Of a stretch of DNA of 64,000 nucleotides, positions 11,715 through 24,194 are shown piece by piece. The stretch comes from Paraspadella gotoi. Lineage: Eukaryota; Animalia; Chaetognatha. Both the position numbers and the translations under genes were made by a program. The notes under the pieces were generated by a model. That model was not told the DNA's origin, did not search any database, and saw only the letters and a list, made by a program, of their open reading frames with translations. The stretch covers positions 27,447,469 to 27,511,468 of the forward strand of contig CM119264.1 in the NCBI GenBank assembly GCA_051294375.1. Direction: 5' to 3'. The stretch's first letter is position 1, and each line of letters opens with the position of its first letter.

Positions 11715-12748
11715 TTGAGACGAGGCTGAGACGGACAGCAGTGAGGCAGCTTTAAGTCTTGCTGCCACAACATATTTATTTATAGATATGAAAGGCCAAA
11801 ATTTGTCTACACAAAGTATAATTATTTGTTAAATATTTTTATGATAATTGAGTCAAAAATTAAAAAACTATTAAAAATTGTTATCAGTAACATCTTTCGA
11901 TGATTTTATCAATTTTTATTTGTTTTTACTGAGAAAACGTAGTAATTTTAAAAAGCTATAATTATATTTCTTGTTTAATTTTTTATGCTCTATCAGAATT
12001 CTTCCAAAAATTTTAAGTTTCTAAAAAAAAACTTATAATGCAAAAAAGATAAGTGACATTTAATGTAGTAATCAAAACGTATAATGTAAATTTGTTTGAA
12101 AATGATTGCTTAAATATTTAGTCAAGAAAACGAAAAAAATTTTGCTAATAGTCAAAATTTTATATTATCTCCCTAATTATGGTATTAAAATAGTTTTTGT
12201 TAAAAATGCTTTTTTCTGAGGGTACTAGCCTATTTAAAATTATTATATTACTATATAGAAAAAGTTTTTTAATTTTTTTATTTATATATATATATATATA
12301 TATTTCTATATCATTTTTAAGTAAAATATAAAAGTCATCAGTTGGGAACCTATACCCTTCATGGATTTCGGCTCTTTAATCCCAATATTTCATATACGTA
12401 ATTATATCGTTCTCCAACCGAATTCAATCACGAAAATTATCAAACTGTATGTGCAAGGTGAGACAGAAATGGGAATCAATTTCAGATTGCAATAGTCATA
12501 ATTGACTCATTACTGAAGTGGTTTATTTCAATTGAGTAATTGATAGAATCAGAAAAATATTCGTTTCCATCAGCAAACTCCCCCCACTCCCCCCCCTCCC
12601 CCCCCTAAAGTTTGTTTTTGGTGACATGGTTTTTAGTCGGATCAGCTTATCAGCAGATTAACTTTGTCGGTTCGTCGGTCCCACCCCAAAATCTTGTCGG
12701 TAAATCCCTTTTACAGGGACTTCAATCTGGAGTGATACGAAAAAAACT

Positions 12749-12947
12749 TGTAAAATAATCGAAACATCTCCCGACAGCTAGCGTTCAGGGCTTTGGACTT
12801 GTAGTAAGCGCCCCAGGTAACTGGCGTGTTTATGCCGATACCATCACACTTTAAACCAGCGGGACCGTGAGGGGATTGAACCCGGAACTCACAGTTGGTG
12901 AACGAGTACTTAGCTGTCCAAGCCAATGGGAAGAGCTGTGTTTCACA
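12749..12947 (-). mobile_element. Solo LTR of a related subfamily (tRNA promoter + twister)
   Basis: Termini TGTGAAA...TTTTACA; flanks AAACT/AAGCT (4/5). A box 12925-12913, B box GGTTCAATCCC 12882-12872. Core is clearly similar to the 11-kb LTRs. Confidence 0.75.
12777..12860 (-). ncRNA. Candidate type-P5 twister ribozyme (partly decayed)
   Basis: P5 GCTGGT/GCTAGC; P2 GTGT/ACAC (compensatory relative to ATGT/ACAT); GAT-GG; T^AA at 12832-12830; GC; loop TCCAAAGC. Mismatches in P1, P3 and P4. Confidence 0.7.
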
Positions 12948-13035
12948 AAGCTATTCGGGAGGCGAATTTAGGATTCGCCACACTACTTGACTTTTTTCCC
13001 CAACTAATTTATCCTTCAAAATACGACGATTTTAA

Positions 13036-13076
13036 GGTCACGTGACCAATATTGACCAATCACAGTTCGCGATTGG
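13036..13076. promoter_or_regulatory. E-box/CLEAR palindrome with three CCAAT boxes
   Basis: GGTCACGTGACC 13036-13047; CCAAT 13046-13050 and 13056-13060; ATTGG 13072-13076. Target gene unknown. Confidence 0.4.
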
Positions 13077-13538
13077 CTATTTTTTTATAAATTTAAAAAA
13101 GGCGTGTGATCCCGAATATTCATTAATCAATTACTGTTGTGAAATTAAAGAAAACTACAAAGGGCAAAGGAAAAAACCGAGAGGTAGAAGATTTTGAAAA
13201 AAAAAATGTCATAGATCAGCCTTATTAAAGGTCTCAGTAAAATAAATTGGTATTTTACAAGTTTTTAAAAGCTTTGCAGTAATCTTGACAGCAAAATATT
13301 TTTTAAAGTTAAACTACTAAAACAAGAATGAAAGAGTCAAAAACATGATCACAAAATACATACGTAGGAGAAATATAATTTAAAAAGACTAAAATTCTAT
13401 TTTTTTATTTCTCATTTTCTCAATTGTTTTTTTGTTTGATGATGTCAAGAACAGAACAAACTAAAAGGTGGTAGAGAAAAAAGTTCAAACATTTGATTGA
13501 ATTTAAAAAACCATTTTGCTTGTTATACATGTCTTTGT

Positions 13539-15455
13539 TCAATTTTTATCATGAGCAAGCAGAATGACTGAAGGAAATATCAAAAAAATTAGACATGGAA
13601 AGTCATAAAAACTTGTCCAATGTTTATCAACATAATTAATGTAATCATAAGAGCTAAGATTTAAAAGAAAGGAAATATGCTTGCATTTCATGTAAGGTCG
13701 ATCAATCTTGCAGCATTTAAGTGCAGCCGTAAACAGCCAAAAATTATCTCTGTCAATACGAAATTTATCTGTTTTTTTTTCTACCTGAAACTTCATCCAG
13801 GCCCAAACAAAACAATAAAAAATTAAAACTACAATAAAGTAAATGGAACATTTTAATTTAGAGATCATTTTTATTTTCATATAGCATAGACTTAAAAAAG
13901 GTAAAAATGCTAGAGTAAAGTAAAAAAAGAAAAGAGAGTTTAATTTAGCATAACCATAAAATAATAAATATCTGTCTTCATAATTATAACCCGGAATAGG
14001 TCCATTATAAAAACCATCACTTACGCACAATCCCTTAATAACCGATTGAATCTCTCCTTTTACACCAGGTCCACGAATCAACCAAAAGATCACCAAGGGC
14101 AGAAAGGCACTCACAATGACCAAAAATACAATTAAAGAGAGACAAATCTTTCGAGCAATCAACTTAAGCATCAGTCTCTGTACAGCTCTTGTGAAGAACA
14201 CACAAATGAATAATGGAAACCAATTAGCGACTATTTTACTAAAATTTACTAAGCTTGTTTTTTTGTCTGAATTGTAACCATAGTGAAATTGTATAAAATA
14301 TAAAAATACCATTATGCCGGTAAAACCAAAGAATTCCAACTTCAAAAGCCAATCCCGAAATTTGTTGTTATATAGGACAAAGATAGTGTTATAGAACAAT
14401 GAAATAATGACATCCAGAAAAACTAACAAAATCACTCTTTTAAAATTTGGATACACAAAAGGTTGATTTCCTAGCATTATCGTGAAGTAAAATGGATTTG
14501 TTGTCCGATATGTTAGATCGCTGGAATGCTTCTCGTTTTGAAGGGATTCCAATAATTGTTTCATAAACTTGCACCAATTTAAGTTGTGTTTTACTTTAAA
14601 GCATGTAATCGTTACCAGCATATCATAATTATTTCTAATCACCTCCGTGGTCTTTAAATTTAATTGAAACGTAAAAAAACTTTTGAGTCGGTTACCTCTA
14701 ATTGCTATTCCCCAGGAAAGACGACTTCTTAACCCAATTTTATGGTCATCGAAAGTCAAACGCGTAGCTAAGATCAGCAGGGAGTAAAAATTCTTGATCC
14801 ACCATTCAAACCAAGAGTTTGAAACGCCCTTTTGTATTGACGTAATTTGGCCATCGAAAAGAACCAATTGGCTTAAAAAACTGAACAGGAATTTAAATTC
14901 GGACCAAGTAAAGACTCGAATAATTAGAGGAACTAGGAAAAGGAGAAACAAATAAGACGTGTTCAATGCTTCAACGTATATGTAATAGAGAGTAACAGAT
15001 AGGCCCAGGGTTTCTTGAAGGACTCCAAATACAACCAAAAATATCCCTTTTGTCTTCAGCGGACGTTGACCCAAATTATTCCCCCTCAATTGTGCAGCAG
15101 CTTTGGTCACACTTAACATCGATACAACCACAGAGAAAATGGTCCAGTAAAAATCTATTTTCCACTGACAGACTATTTCGAAAGGTTTATTGGTAAATTT
15201 GCATTGACAAGTTTCCTTTAGGCCCACGATCGTTCCGTTGTCTATTGAAATGTACATGTTTCCCAAATTCTTCATTTTATCCCCGCCGCTAACATAGGGA
15301 TCATGGCCCAGTTCAAGTAAGTCTGGAATACATCTTTTATCATCCAACACTAAGGAATAGGCAATGACTCCAGTTTGAATCACCATTTGGACGTAAGATT
15401 CTAACAAAACGTGAAGGATGTTGATGCCGTATAATAGTTGAGACTTTTTGTTCAC
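13539..15455 (-). CDS. Main coding segment of a divergent XK-related (Xkr/CED-8 family) multipass membrane protein
   Basis: 638-codon open frame in AT-rich DNA with many hydrophobic segments. LLESYVQMVIQ resembles the XK-family LESxPQxxLQ motif and FSVVVSMLSV the following S-x3-S-x2-S helix. The 5' boundary is not a true start. Confidence 0.65.
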   Translation of the reverse strand: MNKKSQLLYGINILHVLLESYVQMVIQTGVIAYSLVLDDKRCIPDLLELGHDPYVSGGDKMKNLGNMYISIDNGTIVGLKETCQCKFTNKPFEIVCQWKIDFYWTIFSVVVSMLSVTKAAAQLRGNNLGQRPLKTKGIFLVVFGVLQETLGLSVTLYYIYVEALNTSYLFLLFLVPLIIRVFTWSEFKFLFSFLSQLVLFDGQITSIQKGVSNSWFEWWIKNFYSLLILATRLTFDDHKIGLRSRLSWGIAIRGNRLKSFFTFQLNLKTTEVIRNNYDMLVTITCFKVKHNLNWCKFMKQLLESLQNEKHSSDLTYRTTNPFYFTIMLGNQPFVYPNFKRVILLVFLDVIISLFYNTIFVLYNNKFRDWLLKLEFFGFTGIMVFLYFIQFHYGYNSDKKTSLVNFSKIVANWFPLFICVFFTRAVQRLMLKLIARKICLSLIVFLVIVSAFLPLVIFWLIRGPGVKGEIQSVIKGLCVSDGFYNGPIPGYNYEDRYLLFYGYAKLNSLFFFYFTLAFLPFLSLCYMKIKMISKLKCSIYFIVVLIFYCFVWAWMKFQVEKKTDKFRIDRDNFWLFTAALKCCKIDRPYMKCKHISFLLNLSSYDYINYVDKHWTSFYDFPCLIFLIFPSVILLAHDKN

Positions 15456-16018
15456 AGGGATAAATAATTTTTTTTAATTTCTTTTTGTCTTTGAGAATTT
15501 GATAAATATGAATAAAAATTATACTATTTTTATAAACAATAGTGTACATTACTGTACAATAATTATTTTTTTGTCTTTAGTAAAAAAAAAATTATCCCTG
15601 CCTTAAAACTTCTTGTGTGATCAGCATCTGAGCCTTTAATTACAGTCGCCAAAAATTAACTTCCAAAAAGATTTTTATTTATTTAAATTTGGCGAAAAGA
15701 TGCCATAAGATAGCAACAAGAGAATTATACTCAAATCTCAGGTCGTTTGCCTGTGATGGATATCTGGGTAAAATGATTTTGTGTTTTTACCTCAAACCTC
15801 TAGTCAATGGTGCCCAGTCAAAATTTATTATATTTTATAATATGATATTTATGATTACCCATCAGCAGTACTGATAAACAGCCAGACAGATAGAAAAATA
15901 TCAAATCAAGTCAGGGCTTGCCACGACTAATGAAACTGAACAACTTGAAAAGACTTGTCTTAAAATTAGTGTAAGTACAAAAATACAACAGCATTATTTT
16001 ATGTGGAATATTTTGCAA

Positions 16019-16336
16019 TCAAGTTATTTTTTGGCGACCATCATCCAAATACAAATCCATTGACAAAACCAGCGCTCCCAACCCAACCAAATGCAAAGAG
16101 ATTGTTATCAACTTTCTTATTTTTGTTTTCCAAACAATCGGAAAATGATCAGAATTTTTATAAATAATGAACAAACTAAAAGAAGATGATACAATGATGT
16201 AAAGGATAAGCGACGCCAAAAAAGCCCAACCAAAATAATTATTAGGCCCCAAACGGAAATGATCCCCCAGAGTCTTTAGATCTGTCCCTAGATCAAGCAG
16301 GTTAAGAAAATTGGCAAAAATAACCAGAGATGCCAT
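16019..16336 (-). CDS. N-terminal segment of the XK-related protein
   Basis: ATG at 16336, after a splice acceptor at 16361-16360. LLDLGTDL matches the XK TM1 D-x2-TD motif, followed by two hydrophobic helices. The link to the main ORF is interrupted by stops. Confidence 0.55.
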   Translation of the reverse strand: MASLVIFANFLNLLDLGTDLKTLGDHFRLGPNNYFGWAFLASLILYIIVSSSFSLFIIYKNSDHFPIVWKTKIRKLITISLHLVGLGALVLSMDLYLDDGRQKIT

Positions 16337-17833
16337 TTTGACCACAAGTACTCTTCCACCTGTACCAAAAAAAAAATAAATAGCTATTGCTGGGTATTGG
16401 TTTTAATTCAGGTCTGCTTAAACCAAACAGCATAAAATTAAATTAGTTAATCCTTAGAAATCAAAATGAAATTCAAGACTGATTGTATCATGTACATATT
16501 TGTTTCATTTGATTGCACCAAACAACATCAAAAATTATGCTCTTGCAAAATATTTAAAAATACTTTTAATACTTTCGTCAAGCATGTAGAGAAATATTGC
16601 AATAGGAGCCTAAAAAATCCTAGTCAGATAAATAAAATTAATAACAGTATTTTTACCAAAAATTTTGTTTTTGTTTAGCGGCATTGTAGAAAGACGCGAG
16701 CAGTCGGGTATTTTCTTGAATAGCTCCTTCAATAATGTTTTCTAAAGGGAGAAAGCACTTTTATTAAAATAAATAACGCACATCATTACCTATTTTGACA
16801 TTTTTTTAAAAAAATGTTGGTTTTACTATGCTATGCTAGTGAGAACAAACAATAGACCCCCCAAAATTTATCAACTGTTGTCGATATTTTTTTCACTTCA
16901 TATGTAATAGTAGCACAACAATTGTGCGTCGATCAGTTGATATGAGGAGGAAGCGAATATGATTTCATGTGATCTTGAGAAAACAAAATATTATAGCGAC
17001 ATTTTTTTAAATTTTATTTTATTTTTTTATGCTTTGCTGAGAAATACGGACAAAATATATATAAATTGGAAAAAATGTATAAAACGGTACATCATGTTTA
17101 TTTTTTTTACCATTTCCGTTTAATTTATACATTAATTATTTATCTTAATTTGAATCATCTAGCGAATGGACGAAAATTGTTGGGGGCAAATGTAAAAAGG
17201 TGAAAAACAGTTAGATTCTAACTTAACTTAAAAGGCAAGAGATTGAAAAAATTAAATGAGAAGGTATTATTCAAAAAGTTCCCCATTTCAGCCCAATCTT
17301 CTCTTTTCCTTTCGCTTCAAAAAAATTTGGCCTAATAACAACTAGAAAACAAAGACAACAACAACAACAAACGGCCGGGAAATTCGCGTCGAGAGAAACG
17401 ATGACGAAAATTACTAAGAAGTTGACTGTTGAGGAGGAGGAGGAGGAGGAAGAGGAGGAGGAAGAGGAGGAAGAGATGGAGAAGTGGATGAGGAGAAAGG
17501 GAGGAAAGGAGAGAGGAAAGGAGGAAAGGAAAGGGAGAGGAAAGAATAAATGAAAGAAATGGGAAGAGAGGTGGAGAGAGGAAAGAAAGGAGGATAAGCG
17601 GAGGAGGGAGTGAAGAAAAGAGGAAAGAACAGGATAAGAGGAGAGAGGGAAGAAAGAAAGAAAAAAAAGAGGAATTAGAGATTGAGGAGAGAGGAGAGAA
17701 AAGGAAGAAAGGAGGAGGAGATAGGGAGAGAAAAAAAAAGAGAAGAAGAGGAAAAGAGGAGTAATTGTGCAATAGTCTGATGAAAAGTAGACCAGAGTTG
17801 CAGTTATTGAATGAAGTAAGAGTGGGGAGGGGG

Positions 17834-17876
<43 letters not shown>

Positions 17877-18320
17877 AGAAGAAGAAGAAGAAGAAGAAGA
17901 AGAAGGAGAAGAAAAATGTTAAATCTTGGATTGGTATGAAGAACGTTGTGAATGTTGTGATTCTGTGAATTTGATTAGAAGCTCACGGAATTCGATGTAA
18001 GTTTCATTTAGAAACTGAAGAGGGAATGATGTCTCGTGAATATTCAGCGGCGAATGTTTTTAAAAATTCTCCGAGTAAGGAAACATTTGACTATATACTC
18101 GCGAATAAGAAATTTTTATTTCATGCAATAAATAAGCTCTCTTGCCACTTAATAAAAAAATTGAACCAAAAAAAAAGATTTATTTTTTTTGCTGAAACTT
18201 CATTCAAAAAAAAAAAAAAAAAGTAAAAAAAGTAAAATAAATTATAACCCTTTTCAGACGGTATTGAAGTCGTTGCTGAAATATGGTTTGTCAAAAACTA
18301 CTATTTTTAAGAGTACTTAA

Positions 18321-19200
18321 GGGGACCCAGTGATAAAAATGATATCATAAGCTTAAGGGTCTATCATCAAAGGAATTTGAATGGTGATAGTCATTAATTT
18401 TTCTTTGCACGGGAAACTGGCAAAAAAATTCCTATCTCTTATTGTAGCGGAAACAAAAATTTAATAATTATGAAAAAAAAATTTAGTTGACCCTACCTAA
18501 ATATTTATATAATCTATTATTTTATTTTTGCATTAGAAAGTATTTTTTACTAAATTCCAATTTTTTATTTTTTACTGTACAAAGCTATAATTTTAGGTTT
18601 AAGCCTCATTGAACAAAGGCTTTACAATATTAATATTTTTATATTTTTATATTTATTTAAAAGCAGACAAATCAAACCTAAATTCTATTCTTACAGAAAC
18701 AAAACTGTAATAATTATTAATTAATATTCATATTCATCCCTTAAATGTATAATTAAACTATATTGATTCCTAATTATAACAATTAAAAATTTAGCAGAAG
18801 TACAGAATCTTTCTCTTCTTTTTATATTTATATTACTTCAAAGAGTTTTATTTTCATCCAATTAACAGAATCATTTGAAAAGAAAGTTTAAATAAAATCA
18901 GTCGATACCTTAAATTTTGATTCATTCCTAGTTTTTTTTCTTATAAATTTTTGTAATAAAAGCTGAAAATCTTTTTAAAATTGGATCTTACCCTTTTTTG
19001 GGAAAAAAAATTTTAAACTTGAAAAAGATTTTCTTCTTACCGATTTTTTAAAGAAAATTAAGCTCGCTGATTTTATCGAATTTTTTAACTACTTTCCCAA
19101 ATGATTATAGAAGAAAAAATTATATGATCAGAACCAGCTTAAGTTAAAGGGTCAAACGTTATGTTTTCAGCTTTTTACCCCCCCTGTTCACTTGGTCCCC
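18321..19200. mobile_element. Non-autonomous TTAA-specific DNA transposon (Kolobok-like), 880 bp
   Basis: TIRs GGGGACCCAGTGA / GGGGACCAAGTGA (12/13). TTAA on both sides (18317-18320, 19201-19204). RR...YY termini; no ORF. Confidence 0.8.
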
Positions 19201-20274
19201 TTAAAGATTTCAGTATACCTGATCGAGTAACGGACGTTTCGAGGGTTAATTGACGAGATATTAAACGTTATATTACTCTTTAATTGAGGTTGTTCAATTC
19301 GAGTTTGTTTAATTGGCATTTCAAGGAATTTAGTTAACTCCATTTTAAGGTTTAAATCGTTTTATTACATAAGTTCATATTTATGTAGACAGTAGAAAAC
19401 AATAACAAATTTAAAGCAGATTGCATTGTAGTTTTCATTTTTTGTAAGGAGTATAAGCACTAAAAACTAAAAATAACAATTTAATAGAAACTTATTCTTT
19501 AAAGAAAAATAATCATTTTTTATAAGACAAAATACTTACATCCTTTTTAGCCAGGAGATATCAAACCTCAGTGACTCAAACAAAGTGAAGCTGCCTTTTA
19601 TATAGGGATGTGACTTTTGTTTCTTACAAATATTTACAAAACTCATTTCAAGATGGCAGCACATAAAATTAGTAAGTAATATAGAAATATGGCGTCGCAA
19701 CTGTTATAGAGAAAACAAAAGACTACTAAATTTAATCATAATGTCAAAAGTATTCCAACAATACCTATATCGTTATTAAATGTCGTTACATTCGGCTCAG
19801 TGCGAAAAATATGTCAGCCAAATGTAAATGCGATGAGTTTATACTACTTTTTGATTTAGAAAAAAAAAAGAACTTTTAGTCGTGTAGTATTTTATTTTTC
19901 TTTTTGGCGCAGAAGAACAGAATCTCATCACATCACTGACGAACGGGAAGGTTTGATTTATTTTATGAAAGAGAAATGGAAAATATTTTGTTCAGGTCTG
20001 ATATGTATTAAATATATTTAAATATGTACAAAAAGATAAAAGTTTAAAAAAAACTTTTAAAAAACCTCCTGAAAAGAAAAGCAAAATAAAAATGAATAAG
20101 GAAGAAGATAAAATCCTGAAAGAATACATAAAGTTTTAGGATGCAATAAAATAAGTTAATAATGTAAAGTTCTTTAAAAAAAACTCGATGTGACGTTATA
20201 TATGATAAATGGTTTCTGGCTTATTTGATAAAAACTATCGGGAGAAAAAGCGAGAACTACCCGGCTTCTCTCTC

Positions 20275-20405
<131 letters not shown>

Positions 20406-21344
20406 ATTTTGTTAGTTAAATTCGTAAAATTGTGATGAAAATCCAACATAAAAACATAACAAAAAAAAAAATTTTTCGGGTCTGTATTGTATTATTTTGA
20501 ATTCAGTGTCTGAACAGCTAACAACTATTAGACGTTTTTTTTTCTCCCTTTCGTGTTTTCGCTTTTGGGTTTCACGCATTCACTGTTTACATTTGAAAAC
20601 AAAAACAACCAAACGAAGTTTTTTTTTCCTTTTTTGTTTACCTTTTTTTGGCACTTTTGCTCCTTTCCTTTTTTTTCCCTTTTTTTATCAAATTTTCTCT
20701 TTCGCTCCCAAACGTCAGTGAGTCGCGGTTCCAGTGATTTACAAGCAAGAGCTTTTACTTTCCTTCTCCTTTGCCAAGCTTTTTTTTTGTTGCAAAACCC
20801 GAGGTCTCACTTGCTTACCAATTCTTTTCTCTTATTTCTTCTTTTCTTCCTCATTAAACTTTTTTTCTCTTCCTCATAGATGGGCTTCAGAATTTTTTTA
20901 AACCGAAACATTTTTTTCCCTTTCCTTTTTTTTCCTTTCCTTGCCTTGCTTTGCTTTGCCTTGCCTTGCCTTGCCTTTCTATTTTTTTCTTTCTTAATTC
21001 GAACTATTTTTCGTTTCTCTTTTCTTTACTTTAATTTACTTTACTTTACTTTACTTTACTTTACTTTACTTTACTTTACTTTACTTTACTTTACTTTCCT
21101 TTCCTTTCCTTTCCTTTCCTTTCCTTTCCTTTCCTTTCCTTTCCTTTCCTTACCTTACCTTACCTTACCTTACCTTTCCTTTCTCTTATCGCCCCCACCC
21201 TCAAAAACTCGAGCTGATAAAAAATGAGAAAAAAAAAATCCCCCGACGAAAAATAAATCGTGAATCGCGAAAAAGATTTTAACGTCTGATGTTTACAGTT
21301 AACGACGCGACCTCTGGTCCGACCTTACTGTAAAAATGTTGGAT

Positions 21345-21582
21345 TCACGCGCCATTAGGGTCGACGTCGGTCTCACCGTCGTCGCTCGTTTTCACAATCC
21401 TCAAGCTCACAGATGTTGTTCTAGCAGATTTCGGTTTAACAGACGTCGGCCTCACAGATTTCGGTCTCACGAAGTCGATCTCGCAGATGTCGGCTTCACA
21501 GGTGGAAGCATAACGATCCTCGCCCGCAATTTGACTCGAAAAATTTGCGTAAGATTGCTTCGCACTTACTTCCAACATATTA
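21345..21582 (-). other. Possible coding exon, unidentified
   Basis: CAG acceptor at 21585-21583, then a 77-codon open frame with VRPKS/VRPTS/VKPKS repeats. Confidence 0.25.
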
Positions 21583-22066
21583 CTGTTTAAAAATGTAAAT
21601 GAAGATATTAGAGCTATTTATATTTATATATTTATATATATATCTTTATTTATATATTTCAGCTTGTTCAATATTTATCCTATTTTTTACCTACCTCTTA
21701 CTAATTACTCTAAACTTGTTATTCCGCTCGCTACATCATCACCATCCCTATTCTTAAACCTACTTTAACCTAACTTAAACCTACTTTACCATTCTTAAAC
21801 CTACTTAAACCTACCTATTCCGACACTCCTCTCTCTGAAAATTAAAATAATGACATCATGTTACCGATGACACAATCTTATCTTATCTTTACTTAATTGA
21901 ACGTTAGTCCCGTCCGTATGTCGCCCCGGCCCTTTCACGTTGTCACGGTCTTCGCATGTATTTTGCAGGAGAAGCTCCCGGTCATAAAACACATACAACC
22001 CGAGAATATTTCGCCGTTATCTCTTCTGCTATCAGCCTAGTATCGATTTCACTCATTTTTATTGCA

Positions 22067-22109
<43 letters not shown>

Positions 22110-22128
22110 AGAGAGAGAGAGGAGAGAG

Positions 22129-22164
<36 letters not shown>

Positions 22165-22218
22165 AGAGGGAGGAGGGGGAGAGTGGGAGAGAGAGAGAGA
22201 GAGGGAGAGAGGAGAGAA

Positions 22219-22255
<37 letters not shown>

Positions 22256-22509
22256 CAGAGACAGAAATAGTTCATGCTAATGATAAACGGGAGATGATCA
22301 AAAGGAGAGAGAGAGTGACCGACGTTGTTGGGCGTGGTGAATCGACGGCGGGCAAGAGTCGAGAACCAAGTTAGAATTCGTGATCAATTTGTGAATTAAA
22401 GTCACCACGCGCAATAGACCCCATGGACATTTGACATTTGACATTGGAAATTGGACAACATTGTTCTCGTGAAGAGAAAATTCCGAATAGCAACGTTCAA
22501 CAAACTGGA

Positions 22510-22592
22510 AATACGGACAGTACGGACAATAAGGACAATACGGACAATACGGAAAATACGGACAATACGGACAATACGGACAATACGGACAA
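22510..22592. repeat. 9-bp tandem repeat (ACGGACAAT)n, about 9 copies
   Basis: Directly visible. Confidence 0.9.
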
Positions 22593-22881
22593 TCAGCAAA
22601 GCGGCATAAATGAAATAACTTTGAGGGAGGGAATGAATACAAAACATAAGATAAAACCAGAAAGAAAACTCGCCAATCGACGCCAACCGAAAGCGTCGGC
22701 TCGGCCACAACCGACAGACAGACCGAGAGAGAGAGAGAGCGAGAGAGAGAGAGAGAGAGCGAGAGACAGACAGATCGGATTATTAGACAACCACAGGTGA
22801 CGCCTTTTCCAGTCGCACCTCGCTCAGAGCCGAGTCGCCTCATTTACATGTTTAGTGGCGGACTGGTTGGGGCCTCCGCCT

Positions 22882-22921
<40 letters not shown>

Positions 22922-23722
22922 CATGCCCGCCGCCTGAAAGGTGATAAATTCCGGCAGGAAAGGCGGTGTTTCGTGGGTTTGTGGAATGGAGGGAACGGGA
23001 GAGTGAAGGGCGAAGTATAAAAATCAAGTTGACTGAGCATTGAGTACTGAGTAGTCAACAAAAGAAAAGGAGACGTTTGAAAATCCTGATTAGTTAATCG
23101 CTGAAGGAAAACGTGAAACTTGAAGGAGAATGAGATGAATATTAAAGAGTTTTGAATGTAAAATGTAAATGAGCGTTTTTATACGAAAGCAACAAGGTTG
23201 ATTCAGTAAAGAAAACAAATAAAAAATGTGAAAGAAGATAATTGTCACGACAATTTTAACTTTAAATTAAAATTAAAAATCTAAAAATATATAAAAGTTA
23301 AAAAAAACAAACCATGAGATCTATCTTTAAGCTCTAAATAATATTTTGCTGTTGAGAGCGAATCTTTTAATTAAGTTGTAAAGAGGTCGTATTATGTACA
23401 TATGAAGACCTATTTTATCCAAACGTCGACGCGAAAGTTGTGCTGATAATAATGAAAGTTTATGTATATATCTTTAGCTTTTATATCCCAGCACAACAAA
23501 TAACAAACCCAATAAAGAAAATATCGTTTGGGTTCTGTTACTCATTACGTGGTTGTCGCGGGTTTACAACTAATTGGATTGTCGAAGCGACATCAGCGAT
23601 CTGGCTTGCGCAGAAGCTTTAGACTTTTTGTTCATGAATATAAAGGTTATCTCAAAATATTTAAAGTTTTTAACGAATATCCTTCACTCCTCTGTCTGTC
23701 TGTCTCTCTGTCTGTCCGTCTC

Positions 23723-23778
<56 letters not shown>

Positions 23779-23866
23779 TCTTCTCTGTCTGTCTCTCTCT
23801 CTCTCAGTCTGTCTGTCTGTCTGTTTGTCTGTCTTCTGTCTTCTCTCTCTCTTTTTCTCTCTCTCT

Positions 23867-23903
<37 letters not shown>

Positions 23904-24019
23904 GCTCTCTCTCTCTTTTTTCTCTCTCTCTCTCTCTCTCTCTCCTCTTCTCGTCTCTCTCTCTCTCCGTTTTTCTCTCTGCTCTGTCTTCTCTCTCTCT
24001 CGTCTCGCAGTCTGTCTGT

Positions 24020-24093
<74 letters not shown>

Positions 24094-24194
24094 CTTCTTC
24101 TTTTCTCATGATATCTATCTCTAATTTTGTCGCAGTCTCTGTCTCTATCTCTCCCCCTCCACCCCCGCCACTTTTCGAGCCCCGGAAATAAAAT

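Larger units (their letters stand above)
11047..11769 (-). mobile_element. Complete non-autonomous LTR mini-retrotransposon (TRIM, Helenus-like) with a Pol III promoter and a twister ribozyme in each LTR
   Basis: Near-identical direct repeats 11047-11298 and 11515-11769 with termini TGTGGCA...TGCCATA (minus). 4-bp TSD ACAT (11043-11046, 11770-11773). 216-bp non-coding interior with PBS and PPT. Confidence 0.92.

Noticed and set aside
13539-16021. Genome-wide TGA=Trp reassignment
   Set aside because: Trp is encoded by TGG in the XK and VAMP frames, VAMP appears to end at TGA, and a TAG also interrupts the frame.
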